From the IMG/VR virus record IMGVR_UViG_3300008262_000001: a DNA stretch of 64,000 nt. One strand, written 5' to 3'. The notes under the pieces were generated by a model, which saw nothing but the letters and a program-made list of their open reading frames with translations, was not told the DNA's origin and ran no database searches. How positions within the stretch are numbered: the first letter of the stretch is position 1; every line of letters starts with the position of its first letter. The stretch is from a virus. Lineage: Duplodnaviria > Caudoviricetes. A program made the position numbers and the translations under genes. Below, piece after piece: positions 46,798 through 57,398 of the stretch.

Positions 46798-48027
46798 TTA
46801 TTTAGTTACTTCCTCCCAATTGATAGACGTCCAAATTTTATTTCCGCTCCCTCCAACTGTTTCTGCTGCAACACAAATTGTAAATTCTAAAGGAGTGCTT
46901 GTTAAGCCATCCCTCAATAACTGATTCTTAAACAAGTCATCCCCTATATTTATATTAAGTTTTCCTTGATTCGAAGCTGAAAAAAATCCTGTTCTAACAC
47001 ATGTTCCACTGCTAAATGAACTTCCTGTAATGTTGTAATTGACTGACGAGTTAGCGTCTAGGGTTGTCCAAGATCCACCTGAGGTAGTTCCCCCTACAAA
47101 AATTTTCCATGAATAGTTAGCATTATCTTTTGGAAGCAAATCAATATAAGAAGGGATCACTATTGAATCCAAGTTCCCTGATTTTAATCTGATTGAAGCC
47201 AAAGGATAAAATGTACCCGCTACCAAAAGGGTATAAGGAGTTAATATTCCTGTATCAATAGATCTTTCTTCTCCTCTCAATTCGTATCCTCCCTCAGACA
47301 TCACAGATGAACAAATTTGTGTCAATGTATTAGATGATGAAGTTCCTGATGTGTTTTCAATCTCGTATCTTAGAGGTAAACAAGCGGTTGTTATGTAGGT
47401 GGAAGTTATCAAGTTAGCATGATTAAAAACATGACACGTGTAAAATTCTCCATTAATAACAAATCCACATCTTACAGAACCTACGCCTAACCATTCCAGA
47501 TCTATCCAAAATATCTGTGATTTCGTTATATCTAAAGTGATTCCAGAAGGACCTGTTCCATCCATCGGATCAACATTCCAAGAACTTTTTGCTATTGAAT
47601 TGTTGTCAATAGAACCAGAAACCGAACTTCTTTTAACTATTGATAGAGTTGTACCAGCTAACTCTAAATAAAATCCATTGTTCTCACCAAAATATCCTAC
47701 TCTTTGTCGTAAGCCAGATTGGCCAGTTGCAAAGGTAAAAGTGTTTAATGCTAAAAGACTTTTTCCTGGCTGATAAGCAAATACCCTATAAGTTTCTCTG
47801 ACTACTTTGTCACCACTAGCATTAGTGACATTCATATCGATTACTCCCTGGTTTGTGTTAAATGTTTTGGCTCCAGAACCTGCTGTAAGAGTTGCCCATA
47901 ATCCATTATCTCTATATCTATGACTTGAATCGAAAAGGGTTAGAGGGGCAGATGTTCTTAACCTGCCAAAAGCATCAAAATTAGTTGTGTAAGCAAACTT
48001 TATTTTGTCTGTATAAGTATATGACAT
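46798..48027 (-). CDS. beta-rich putative virion structural protein
   Basis: 409 aa; DAFGRLRTS, YQPGKS, QRVGYF, LEWLGVGSVRCGF; Ser/Thr/Gly-rich. Confidence 0.6.
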   Translation of the reverse strand: MSYTYTDKIKFAYTTNFDAFGRLRTSAPLTLFDSSHRYRDNGLWATLTAGSGAKTFNTNQGVIDMNVTNASGDKVVRETYRVFAYQPGKSLLALNTFTFATGQSGLRQRVGYFGENNGFYLELAGTTLSIVKRSSVSGSIDNNSIAKSSWNVDPMDGTGPSGITLDITKSQIFWIDLEWLGVGSVRCGFVINGEFYTCHVFNHANLITSTYITTACLPLRYEIENTSGTSSSNTLTQICSSVMSEGGYELRGEERSIDTGILTPYTLLVAGTFYPLASIRLKSGNLDSIVIPSYIDLLPKDNANYSWKIFVGGTTSGGSWTTLDANSSVNYNITGSSFSSGTCVRTGFFSASNQGKLNINIGDDLFKNQLLRDGLTSTPLEFTICVAAETVGGSGNKIWTSINWEEVTK

Positions 48028-48036
48028 ATTTTAATG

Positions 48037-48609
<573 letters not shown>

Positions 48610-48610
48610 T

Positions 48611-49171
48611 TTAGTTTCCCTCCGAAATTATAAAATCTCCATCCTCAGATACTATGAATTCATCGCTTGGGTTATCATCTATATAAAATCCACCAGCTAA
48701 AATTACCTCAACATTAACCCTAACTGAATGTGGATTATAAAGAAGCATACCTCCGTCTGAAAAATATGGAGATTCAATATCGCTACCATTAGGATCTAAA
48801 TCCCATGCTCTGTCCACAAAAGCAGGTGAATAATTACTCGGATTTCCTGTTAAGATAGTAAGATTCGCCATCGGAAGATAGTTTCCTTGGTAAATTATAT
48901 TGATAAATCTACTAGCCACTGGAAGTGTACTTGGATAAGAGGCCTTTATCATGATAAATCCGAGTTGTCCTAAACCCTCTGCATTTAGAATAAGTGAGGA
49001 GTTCGGATAGACGCATCCACTAAAAGATGAAAAGTTGTTAATTGTGATATCTGTATCACAAAAACTTATTTCTCTTGCCACAGTTGTTCCTCTTACTACT
49101 TGAAGATTGCATCTTTGAAAGATAGCACCTTCAAATTCTATAGTGTTACATACTTGTGGAGGTGTAGCCAT
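48611..49171 (-). CDS. putative virion protein, paralogue of 49171..49752
   Basis: Shares CNL...CD, IKA.Y, Y.GN..PM..L..LTG and GG...NP blocks with its neighbour. Confidence 0.6.
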   Translation of the reverse strand: MATPPQVCNTIEFEGAIFQRCNLQVVRGTTVAREISFCDTDITINNFSSFSGCVYPNSSLILNAEGLGQLGFIMIKASYPSTLPVASRFINIIYQGNYLPMANLTILTGNPSNYSPAFVDRAWDLDPNGSDIESPYFSDGGMLLYNPHSVRVNVEVILAGGFYIDDNPSDEFIVSEDGDFIISEGN

Positions 49172-49752
49172 TAGTTAAAAATAAATATTTCAAGCTGGAC
49201 ATCACTTGTTCCAGGATTACTAAAAAGAATACCTCCGAAAGTGGGGTCTGGAGAAGAAATAGGAGGATAAATTGCAGGAGAAAAAACAGGACTTGGAGGG
49301 TTATTGGAATAGTAACTTAAATCCCATCCTTGCCAAGGAATCTCGGGCTCAGTTCTTCCTGTAAGAACCATTAATGAATTCATAGGGTAGATATTCCCCT
49401 TGTATTCCCAATAGAGATATCGGTCTTCTGAATGCACATCCTGGTGGTACTTGGCTTTGATCACAATCATTTGTACTTCACCTTGTGCTTGGCCAACTTC
49501 AGGAGCTGTGAGAGTGTATGAGTATCCAGCAGGTAGATTTATATTTCTTTTCGCAGATCCACCACATCCTCCCAGTTCTGAACTTCCTAGTCCTTCCAAT
49601 TTAAAATCACATAAGGAAGTTCTAGATAAAACATTAACTCCCTCTTTTATCTCTAAGTTACATGACTGAAAAACTACTTTTCTATAAACACCAGGATTGC
49701 AATCAAGATACTTGATGTATTGCGAGTCTGTTGTGTATATTGGTTTTATCAT
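49171..49752 (-). CDS. putative virion protein, paralogue of 48611..49171
   Basis: Same conserved blocks as its neighbour. Confidence 0.6.
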   Translation of the reverse strand: MIKPIYTTDSQYIKYLDCNPGVYRKVVFQSCNLEIKEGVNVLSRTSLCDFKLEGLGSSELGGCGGSAKRNINLPAGYSYTLTAPEVGQAQGEVQMIVIKAKYHQDVHSEDRYLYWEYKGNIYPMNSLMVLTGRTEPEIPWQGWDLSYYSNNPPSPVFSPAIYPPISSPDPTFGGILFSNPGTSDVQLEIFIFN

Positions 49753-50849
49753 TTCAAGCTTAATGGGTTAGAAGAAGGTAAAACTGTTGAAGTTTTATTT
49801 TTATATCCTAAAAATTCTTTATCCTCTATGTATTTATCTTCAGAGTCTGCACTATTTTTTTGGTTATCTCCTACAATTTCTGGATATGAAATCAGATCGC
49901 TTATTTCAATGGTTTTAGTGACATCTTCTCCAAATGCTGGATAAAATTTTTCACCTTCATTCACTTGCAGTTCACTTGTTTCTTGAAATTCCTCCTCTTT
50001 AGAATCGATTGGATTATTTGGAGAATTTTTTTCTGATAATTCATCATCGCCCTCTTTAGATTTTTTGAATGCAAAGTTGGCTGCAAGAACTAAAGCTACT
50101 GCTAAAGGATCAAAAACAAGCATGAGAATTAAAATGTACCAATTGACAACTTGATCTAATGTATATCCTGTTAGTCCAGCAATGTATTTTAATGGACCAA
50201 CTTCTTTTGCTAACTCTTGGTCAGATCCTGCTTCTAATTTTTTAGACTCAATTTCAAAAATGCGGGAATTCTTTGAAGATATAGAATCATTGTAAACGGA
50301 CACTTCAGAATCTATGCGCTTAATCTCAGAATCGATATCCTTTATTTGTTGTCTTACTGAAGTGGTAGATTTACTTTGTGCTATTAATTGATCTTGAGTG
50401 CCTTGTAAATTAGCACGGATTCCTGTTATCTGACCTAACCTTGTGTTTTTTTGCTCAACCTGCTTTTCGTAGCTCGAAATTTCAGTTTTTAAAATTGTAA
50501 TATTCTTATCAAGGATCTCTATGTTTTTATCCTGATTTTGGACTTTAAAAGCAGTTTCTTGGTAAGCAGATGATAAGAATCCGTAAATCCCTGCAGAGGT
50601 GATTATAATCAGAATTAAGGTGGCTATAAGAAGGTAATACTTTAAAGCCTTATTAATAGATTTCCAGTATTCGTATAACAAAGAAGCGCTGACTAATTTA
50701 GCAAATTCTAAGCTTCCTGCTAAAATCATTACTTGTAGTGAAGCACCAGCAAACATTTTTCCTAGACCTGATACTGAATAAAAAGCTGCAGACCCAGAAA
50801 CTGAAAGAGCCGAAAGAGCGATGATCCACGGTAATAATTTCTTTTTCAT
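49749..50849 (-). CDS. multi-pass membrane protein with a long coiled coil
   Basis: About three N-terminal hydrophobic helices, a heptad region and C-terminal LMLVFDPLAVALVLAA. Start taken at MKKKLL. Confidence 0.75.
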   Translation of the reverse strand: MKKKLLPWIIALSALSVSGSAAFYSVSGLGKMFAGASLQVMILAGSLEFAKLVSASLLYEYWKSINKALKYYLLIATLILIIITSAGIYGFLSSAYQETAFKVQNQDKNIEILDKNITILKTEISSYEKQVEQKNTRLGQITGIRANLQGTQDQLIAQSKSTTSVRQQIKDIDSEIKRIDSEVSVYNDSISSKNSRIFEIESKKLEAGSDQELAKEVGPLKYIAGLTGYTLDQVVNWYILILMLVFDPLAVALVLAANFAFKKSKEGDDELSEKNSPNNPIDSKEEEFQETSELQVNEGEKFYPAFGEDVTKTIEISDLISYPEIVGDNQKNSADSEDKYIEDKEFLGYKNKTSTVLPSSNPLSLK

Positions 50850-50854
50850 GCTTC

Positions 50855-50862
50855 TATATATC
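50855..50862 (-). promoter_or_regulatory. putative late promoter GATATATA
   Basis: 5 nt upstream of the ATG at 50849. Confidence 0.55.
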
Positions 50863-50867
50863 CCAAC

Positions 50868-50894
50868 AAAAAAGGTCCATTGAAGCAATGGACC
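50868..50894 (-). terminator. intrinsic terminator
   Basis: GGTCCATTG-3nt-CAATGGACC followed by T6 on the minus strand. Confidence 0.85.
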
Positions 50895-50914
50895 CTTTAG
50901 AAATGTTAAGAACT

Positions 50915-51406
50915 TTATTCTGCAGTGATTCCTTGTTCTGCTGCAGCTAGATCTTTTTCAAGATCCTTTAAATTTTGATTATCTTGGTGGATAAGAGCAA
51001 GTGTTTCTTCAAAAGTTTTCCAGAGAGAAATAAAATCGCTAATTTCTGAGTCACCTTTTCCAGACCATTTCAAAATGAAATAATGTGAAGCTTCAACTTC
51101 TAAATTTGTGAAGTAACCAACACCATCTTTGATACCTTCCTTTTTAATACTTTCAATTCTTCTGATGATTTCTACAACTCCAAGAGCCTCTTTTGATCTC
51201 CATTCCACTTCTGTTTTCATGAATTTTTCGAATCTACCCAAAAGATCGTTATTCATAGAAACTGCATATTCTTTACCCTGTAGAGATTTTTTATACTCTT
51301 CGATCTTATTTTTAAGATCCTCTACTTTCTTAGTATCTACTTTATCGATGTACTTTTCTAATTTTTGCTCGTTTTCGACTACTGATAGCTCTTTCTTTTT
51401 TGACAT
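50915..51406 (-). CDS. hypothetical coiled-coil protein
   Basis: 163-aa K/E-rich ORF. Confidence 0.7.
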   Translation of the reverse strand: MSKKKELSVVENEQKLEKYIDKVDTKKVEDLKNKIEEYKKSLQGKEYAVSMNNDLLGRFEKFMKTEVEWRSKEALGVVEIIRRIESIKKEGIKDGVGYFTNLEVEASHYFILKWSGKGDSEISDFISLWKTFEETLALIHQDNQNLKDLEKDLAAAEQGITAE

Positions 51407-51449
51407 AACGTTTTATTTTTAAATTATAGTGTATTGATGGATTTAGTTT

Positions 51450-52208
51450 CTATGACATGTACAAATTTCTAAATTGCTCAGTTAAATCTATAAACTGCTT
51501 TAAGTAGACTTTCATTTCATGATCTTCAACTGTAAAGGTTTGGATTTCACTAAACTGCTCGTTTGCTATTCTGATCCTTCCCATTTTAGGAACAATTCCA
51601 TATTTTTCTGCACACATAAACATATAAGCTGAAATTTGAAGCTTATAAGCTAATATATCATCCTCATCTTTAATGAAAGTCGAAGATTTAAAATCCTCAA
51701 CTATCAAATTTCCTTGTAAATCTTTGTAAATAAAGTCCGATGCACCTGCCCAGCCTCCCTTGAAAGTTGTATACAAGAAAACCTCATTGTCTACTATCTC
51801 TGAAATATTTTCCCAAAATTTATCATAGTAGAAGTTCCAGAAAAGATTTTTTCCTCTTTCTACCAGTTTGGAGTTTTTACCATCATCTTTTCTTGCTTCT
51901 TCAATTGCATAGACTTGAGCCTTTTGGAGAGATCTTTCTACATTTCTTTCTCTATCCCATTCTAGCAAGAAAAGCTCGAGCATTTTGTGCAAATGGTTTC
52001 CTCTTTCTGCTGCATCTGACATAATCTTATCCCATCTAGCATCACCGAATTGCTCTCTAAGCTTATCATACTTTTCATTCTTTAAAAGCTTAAGAACAGT
52101 GGTCACCGATGGCAAAATTAAAGGAGCTTCAGAAGCTCCTTCGACTATATAAGCTCTGCCCCAGTCGTAATTTTTCCTATCTATAGTAATATTAGAAGAT
52201 AAACTCAA
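51450..52208 (-). CDS. PD-(D/E)XK exonuclease (RecB/Cas4-like phage exonuclease)
   Basis: LPSVTTVL, ERGNHLH, AGASDF, EDFKSS, LQISAY. Confidence 0.85.
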   Translation of the reverse strand: MSLSSNITIDRKNYDWGRAYIVEGASEAPLILPSVTTVLKLLKNEKYDKLREQFGDARWDKIMSDAAERGNHLHKMLELFLLEWDRERNVERSLQKAQVYAIEEARKDDGKNSKLVERGKNLFWNFYYDKFWENISEIVDNEVFLYTTFKGGWAGASDFIYKDLQGNLIVEDFKSSTFIKDEDDILAYKLQISAYMFMCAEKYGIVPKMGRIRIANEQFSEIQTFTVEDHEMKVYLKQFIDLTEQFRNLYMS

Positions 52209-52653
52209 GTACTTTTGAAATTATGTTTTTAAGCCAAGACAACGTACCAAACTTATATTGAGACCAAATTATAACAAGTATAAAGAAAATTCTCCATAGA
52301 AGCCACTTAATAGAAAGCTTTTGGAAAGCTGGTGAATAAATTATAAGATAAGAAATTGAATTAGGTATTGGTTTAATTTCTGGTATCAAAATTTCCTGAA
52401 GGTTTAAGCTTGTTAGATACTCATTTATAGGCCTTGATTCTTCTAAAACATAAGCGGGTCTTATTTCTTCAGGAGAATCTGGAGAGTAAATAACTTCAGG
52501 AGGAAGGTTCACTACTGTATAAATCCTATTCAACCAATCCACTCGAAGTTTATACTTGTTCCATTCAATTCCTTCCATGTTTTGTTTGATTGTCTTTCTA
52601 AGGAAGAAATAGTTTGAAATATCAACTATTACTTTTTTAAATGGATAATTCAT
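52192..52653 (-). CDS. hypothetical protein with a C-terminal membrane segment
   Basis: WLLWRIFFILVIIWSQY hydrophobic stretch. Confidence 0.65.
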   Translation of the reverse strand: MNYPFKKVIVDISNYFFLRKTIKQNMEGIEWNKYKLRVDWLNRIYTVVNLPPEVIYSPDSPEEIRPAYVLEESRPINEYLTSLNLQEILIPEIKPIPNSISYLIIYSPAFQKLSIKWLLWRIFFILVIIWSQYKFGTLSWLKNIISKVLEFIF

Positions 52654-52695
52654 CTCTTTATTATATAATATCTGAAATGTACAAAAAAGTTACGC

Positions 52696-53316
52696 TTAAT
52701 CGTTGAATGTCAAGTTCACTCCTGGGAACATATCTCTTACCTTCAATCGCGCTCTTCTAATCCTAGTTGCAATAGCTCTCTTCTTCATTCCATGCTTGTC
52801 AGCTATTTCTTGGTATTTCATTCTTAGAATCTCTCTGTCGAAGAGAATCTCTTTATAAATGTCTGGAAGGTTTTTCATTCTCTCCACTACATTTTCATAA
52901 AGATTTTCCATTTCAGTCTCAGAATCAACCACAAAGGATTGCTCATAAGAATTCAAGTCCTCAAATTTGTTATAAGATATTTGACAATCGTCACTATCAT
53001 CAGAGTTCTTTACAACCTCTTGGATAATGGGTAAATAACGATCCTCGTTCTTTTTAATTACTAAGGATTCATTTCTTGCAATGTTGTAAACCCAGGTTGA
53101 AAAATTTCCTCTGTCGGGATCATATTGGGAAATTTTTGTCCAAATTTTCGCCATAGTATTTGAAACTGCATCTTCTGCTGCTTCTTGTTCTATGAGAATG
53201 GATTTGCAATGGTTAAGTAATCCTGGTTTAATTCTTTTGTAAAGCTCTACGAAATCTTTTTCCGAAGATGTTCTCATAAAGCTTTCTGCCAATTGTTGAA
53301 TGTTTTTCGCTGCCAT
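52696..53316 (-). CDS. sigma-70/ECF-like RNA polymerase sigma factor
   Basis: AEDAVSNT, QYDPDRGNFSTWVYNIARN, region-4 MKYQEIADKHG...TRIRRAR. Confidence 0.85.
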   Translation of the reverse strand: MAAKNIQQLAESFMRTSSEKDFVELYKRIKPGLLNHCKSILIEQEAAEDAVSNTMAKIWTKISQYDPDRGNFSTWVYNIARNESLVIKKNEDRYLPIIQEVVKNSDDSDDCQISYNKFEDLNSYEQSFVVDSETEMENLYENVVERMKNLPDIYKEILFDREILRMKYQEIADKHGMKKRAIATRIRRARLKVRDMFPGVNLTFND

Positions 53317-53331
53317 TTCCTGTTTTTTAAT

Positions 53332-53769
53332 TTAAATTTTTAATTGTTTTATTTCTATTCCTGCTTCTTCAAAAAGTTTAAAAGAATCTGTAATTCTGTA
53401 CGTTTCAGAATAAACTATTCTTTTTATGCCTGCCTGTATAATAAGTTTTGCACAATCAAAACAAGGCGATAGTGTAACATAAAGTGTTGAGCCTTCTGCA
53501 CTATTCGTGCTTTTAGCAAGTTTAGTTATTGCATTTGCTTCAGCATGTAAAACCGTAGGTAAGGTTTTGTTGTCACAATCTTCACACTTATTTGGAAATC
53601 CTGAAGGTGTTCCATTATATCCATCTGAGATTATAGTTCGATTGTTGACTATGAGGCACCCGACTTGGTTTCTGGTGCAATGGGAATTCTCAGCCCAAAC
53701 ACCTGCCATACGTAAATACAATGAATCTATTTTATCCTGCTTGCTCTGTGGAAGGTGCTGATTGCTCAA
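53332..53769 (-). CDS. dCMP deaminase
   Basis: QVGCLIV, GYNGTPSG, HAEANAI, LSPCFDCAK. Confidence 0.92.
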   Translation of the reverse strand: MSNQHLPQSKQDKIDSLYLRMAGVWAENSHCTRNQVGCLIVNNRTIISDGYNGTPSGFPNKCEDCDNKTLPTVLHAEANAITKLAKSTNSAEGSTLYVTLSPCFDCAKLIIQAGIKRIVYSETYRITDSFKLFEEAGIEIKQLKI

Positions 53770-54004
53770 CTTGATCAGATTTTAATTGGGTTACCTCAAC
53801 TTTAAATCTTTCCACGATGTGAAATACGTCACGTAGACGAAAACTACCTAGAAGATTAAGGATCTCATTGACCTCATCTTCAGTGTAAGATGTTTTTTCC
53901 TCGTTTTTTAAAAAATCCAAACATTTCCCATAATTTGCATAGGAGTTTAAAAATTCTACCGATGCTTCTCTAAGTTCCTTAGTGATTTCGTAATTTGCTT
54001 TCAT
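53732..54004 (-). CDS. hypothetical protein
   Basis: Start taken at MKANYEIT; the upstream part of the ORF-track call is probably promoter DNA. Confidence 0.6.
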   Translation of the reverse strand: MKANYEITKELREASVEFLNSYANYGKCLDFLKNEEKTSYTEDEVNEILNLLGSFRLRDVFHIVERFKVEVTQLKSDQVEQSAPSTEQAG

Positions 54005-54062
54005 TTTATTTATTAAGATTTGGTTATTACAAATATAAAAGATGTTTTTTGAAAAGTAAACA

Positions 54063-55865
54063 TCATTCAAACTTTTTTTGTGAGGATGTTACTAACAATG
54101 GTCCTGAAAGCGTATCATTTAATTGTGATAACAAATTAATCATAGCATCCATTTTCATTGCCATAGCTTCATTATTCTCAGTTCCTGAAGATTTAGTATT
54201 AGTGCTTTCTACTTGACTAGTGTTTCCTTGATCAGTCATTCCAAGTGAAGTAGTTTCGCTACTAGCAGTTGAGGCTTCAGTTATAGGTTTTTGTTCGGTT
54301 TCTGTTGAGGTTGTCTCTTTTGTCTCAGTTTCTTTCGATGGCTGAGAGATTGGAGTGCTCAATTTTTGTGTGTCCGTTTGTATTATACTTTTATTTTCAC
54401 TAAAAGTTTCAGCCTTTTTTGAAAGTTCCCCAGTAATTTTTTCTGCAGTCCCAGTATTGGAAGTAATTCCAGGTTTAACCTCTTCTAATTTTTCTTCCAA
54501 TTTACCAACTTGACTCTCAGCTGTGGAAGAAGCTGTAGAAGTTTCCTCTTTGGAGCTTTTTCCTCCAAAAATGCCCTCCATAAACTTTTTACCCCTATTT
54601 CCTGTTTCTGCTGTTTCCCCAGCAGATACCCCGAAAATAGATTTTAAAAATTCAGATCCTCTAGAACTCCCTTTAGCAGGTTGTTCTTGTGAGGCATTAC
54701 CTTCTATTCCCGTTTGAGTTTTTGTCCCAGCAGTTTCACCAGTTGCAGTGGCAGTTTCAGTTTTCGTTTCTGCTGTGGGGGTCTCGATTTTTTGCTCCTG
54801 GGTAACAGCTACACTTTCATTTGTGCCAGATGTAGCTTCCTTGTTTTCTGGTGTTGTCCCTTCAGTTGCACTTTGGATCTGTGTTGTTGATTGTTCTGCA
54901 ACTGAACCTACCTCTTTATTTTCAGCAGTTTCATTACCTGGGGTTGCAGATTCTATAGCACCAGTTTCTGTTGGAGTAGCTATGGTTTGCTCAGTCTGTA
55001 CTGTTTCTGCTATTGCAGGTGTAGTTGCCTCTCCAGCGGGGGATTTTTCTGGTTGAATTGCCGCCTCGATTTTTTGCTCTTGAGATTTAACTTCTGCTGT
55101 AGGCTCAGTCTTTTCTGGTTTCTTTTCTTCCTGTTTAATTCCCTCTATCCCAGTCTGCTTACTGTTGATTAGATTTTTTAAATTTTCATCATACCTTTCT
55201 GCCATTTTGGAAATGGACTCGTTCTTAATTCCTTCAGCTGATAAGATTTTAGCTAAAGCTGATATGATCGCGTTGTTTTTGAGTTCTGTTTCCTTTGGTA
55301 GTTTAGCACCTATTCCCAATCCCTCATTTAGCTGTCCAATTATTCTGGAAAAAGCACTTAGAAGTGTTTCAAATTTTAGACTTTCGTCCTTAGTTTTAGA
55401 ATTAAAATCTGAAGAAACTGTATCAAATTCCTCCATACTTTTAATTTCCTTAATCCCAATTTGTTCAGCTATTTGTGTAACTGTACCAGATTTTAGTGCC
55501 TTTGCATTACCTACTTTAGTTCCTGCTGCCTGTTTAGCCATTGGAACAATTTCTTTTCCATCAACTGCTTGACCTTCTTCTATCTTTTCTTGAATGTCTT
55601 TTTTATCCGAACTTGTACTTGCATAAGCATATTGATAGAAAGGATCATTCTTATCATAAGCAGGATCTAAAGCTTTCAATTCGTCATTGTAAACCTGATC
55701 ATAAAAAGATTTAGCCTGAGTAGTAGCCTTTTCTGCTGCCCTCATACTATCTCCTATTTCTGGAGTGACTGCACCGGTATTTCCTGATCGAATTTCTGCA
55801 TTTATTTTAGCACGATCAAAGGCTTCTCCCTCGGATTTAAAAATAGGTAAGTTTTCTTCAGCCAA
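54063..55865 (-). CDS. low-complexity T/E/A/S-rich protein, tape-measure (gp29)-like by position
   Basis: 600 aa; follows the tube and gp26/gp51-like genes; ends in a short amphipathic helix MDAMINLLSQLN; TTG start. Confidence 0.45.
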   Translation of the reverse strand: MAEENLPIFKSEGEAFDRAKINAEIRSGNTGAVTPEIGDSMRAAEKATTQAKSFYDQVYNDELKALDPAYDKNDPFYQYAYASTSSDKKDIQEKIEEGQAVDGKEIVPMAKQAAGTKVGNAKALKSGTVTQIAEQIGIKEIKSMEEFDTVSSDFNSKTKDESLKFETLLSAFSRIIGQLNEGLGIGAKLPKETELKNNAIISALAKILSAEGIKNESISKMAERYDENLKNLINSKQTGIEGIKQEEKKPEKTEPTAEVKSQEQKIEAAIQPEKSPAGEATTPAIAETVQTEQTIATPTETGAIESATPGNETAENKEVGSVAEQSTTQIQSATEGTTPENKEATSGTNESVAVTQEQKIETPTAETKTETATATGETAGTKTQTGIEGNASQEQPAKGSSRGSEFLKSIFGVSAGETAETGNRGKKFMEGIFGGKSSKEETSTASSTAESQVGKLEEKLEEVKPGITSNTGTAEKITGELSKKAETFSENKSIIQTDTQKLSTPISQPSKETETKETTSTETEQKPITEASTASSETTSLGMTDQGNTSQVESTNTKSSGTENNEAMAMKMDAMINLLSQLNDTLSGPLLVTSSQKKFE

Positions 55866-55904
55866 GATGTTTCTTTTACATTATATACCCGATCTCACAG
55901 GTTT

Positions 55905-56121
55905 TCAGCTTTTTGGCTTACTAAAAGAGAATGCCTCAACCAAATCTCCTTGTGCATTCTTTTGATTTTGGTCTTCTATCTTTTTATTCAGCATGTCTAT
56001 ATACATCTGATATTCATAAAAAGGTAGATTTTCTAGAGTATCAATAGAAACCTTAAACTCTTCCCAAAGTCTGAATTTTATCTCAAAGTAATTGGTCAAA
56101 GATATTTGAAATAACGAAAAG
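55905..56121 (-). CDS. gp51-like tail/baseplate assembly segment; start uncertain (TTG at 56099 or frameshift from the upstream gene)
   Basis: SLTNYFEIKFRLWEEFKVSIDTLENLPFYEYQMYIDML fits the SL.NY...F.L...S...EN...E..Y..L pattern of T4-like gp51 segments. Confidence 0.6.
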
Positions 56122-57123
56122 GGATCTGTATCCTCCGGGAAAGGATATTTCTGCTGTGACCTCCCCGCCACAGCTTTCACAGTTGGTATAAATTCTAGAC
56201 TTGGTGGCAAAATTGATTTTTTGACTTATTTGGTCAGCAATCGAAAATTGTAAAGGTGTCCATTCTAAAGAAGCTCTTTCGTATTGATCGTAAAGACGTT
56301 CGTCTAATGCTCTCCAATCTGGAATAATGAATGTTGCAATGTTTGCAAAACTTGGATCGAATTTCTTTCCTTTAGCTTTCTTTTCTGCTATAATTTTTCT
56401 ACAAATAGTGGTAACACCAACTGTAGGGATATACAAATTCATTTCTGGGCTTCCATCTTTTGGAATGAATTTAAAAGAGAAAGAATCTCCATCATATCTT
56501 TTTACAATCTCTTGATCAATTATAAAACTATCTAAAAGATTGGATTTAAGCTCTATTTGGTCTGGAACTTGACACTCTTGTTTTGTGCAATTTTTAGAAA
56601 CAGGTAAAAGAATTCTATTCTCTCCTTTTAGAAATGTTAAATCTCTTATTGACATTATTAGAAAGAATCTATCCTCGTACCAAAGATCATAATGGTCTAG
56701 AACACCGCCATTCCAGCGGATTCTCATACACTTCTTAATTATAGTATTTAATTTGTCATCTAAATCAATTCTATCGGAATCATCTACTGTTGAAAAATGT
56801 CTGATTTCAGAAACAGATGCTGATTTGATTGCGATTTCAAATCCTTCAGGATAGCCAAAACCTTTTGATGGTAATGTTTGTGGTGGAAGATTTTTCCACT
56901 CCGATTCCATTCCCAAAGGAACCCTGTTTACTTTTCCTAGATTATTACTAGGTGGATTTGTAACTGTTTCCCGAGCATTAGATTGTGGTTTTTCTGGAAT
57001 CCAATTTGGGATTTCAAAATTCTCAACATCTTGATCCTCATCATATTCAAACTTGGAATTCGATTCTTTTTTACTTAGCTCGTCAAGTAAATTTCTTTCT
57101 AAATTTTTGTCCATATGTTCCAT
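56083..57123 (-). CDS. baseplate hub/tail assembly protein (T4 gp26-like)
   Basis: LPSKG..YP, L...DR.F...IR..T, C...C, and a C-terminal CESCG zinc ribbon. Confidence 0.6.
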   Translation of the reverse strand: MEHMDKNLERNLLDELSKKESNSKFEYDEDQDVENFEIPNWIPEKPQSNARETVTNPPSNNLGKVNRVPLGMESEWKNLPPQTLPSKGFGYPEGFEIAIKSASVSEIRHFSTVDDSDRIDLDDKLNTIIKKCMRIRWNGGVLDHYDLWYEDRFFLIMSIRDLTFLKGENRILLPVSKNCTKQECQVPDQIELKSNLLDSFIIDQEIVKRYDGDSFSFKFIPKDGSPEMNLYIPTVGVTTICRKIIAEKKAKGKKFDPSFANIATFIIPDWRALDERLYDQYERASLEWTPLQFSIADQISQKINFATKSRIYTNCESCGGEVTAEISFPGGYRSLFVISNIFDQLL

Positions 57124-57130
57124 GAAGATT

Positions 57131-57346
57131 TTACTCCTTGGTTTCTTTTAGTTTCTTATTAAATGAGAAAAAAAAGTATAATCCAAAGAATAGCGCCGAA
57201 AGGAAGTAAAAAATTGCTACAGTATGCCAGTAGGAATTTGTCCATTTCATTATTGCAGCGAAAAGGATATCGAATCCAAATGGATTGAAGAAAGTTGCCA
57301 ATATCAAGCAAACTGAAGCTGTTCTTGTTTTTTGTTTCAGGGTCAC
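57131..57346 (-). CDS. small two-helix membrane protein
   Basis: 71 aa; two hydrophobic segments and a basic C-tail; GTG start. Confidence 0.6.
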   Translation of the reverse strand: MTLKQKTRTASVCLILATFFNPFGFDILFAAIMKWTNSYWHTVAIFYFLSALFFGLYFFFSFNKKLKETKE

Positions 57347-57398
57347 AACTGTCGTCCATGTAATTTGGTATCTGACATTTTATTCCTGGTTCGACCAC

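Noticed and set aside
51450-52208. Cas4-like nuclease as a sign of a CRISPR system
   Set aside because: No array or other cas genes are present; this is a common stand-alone phage exonuclease.
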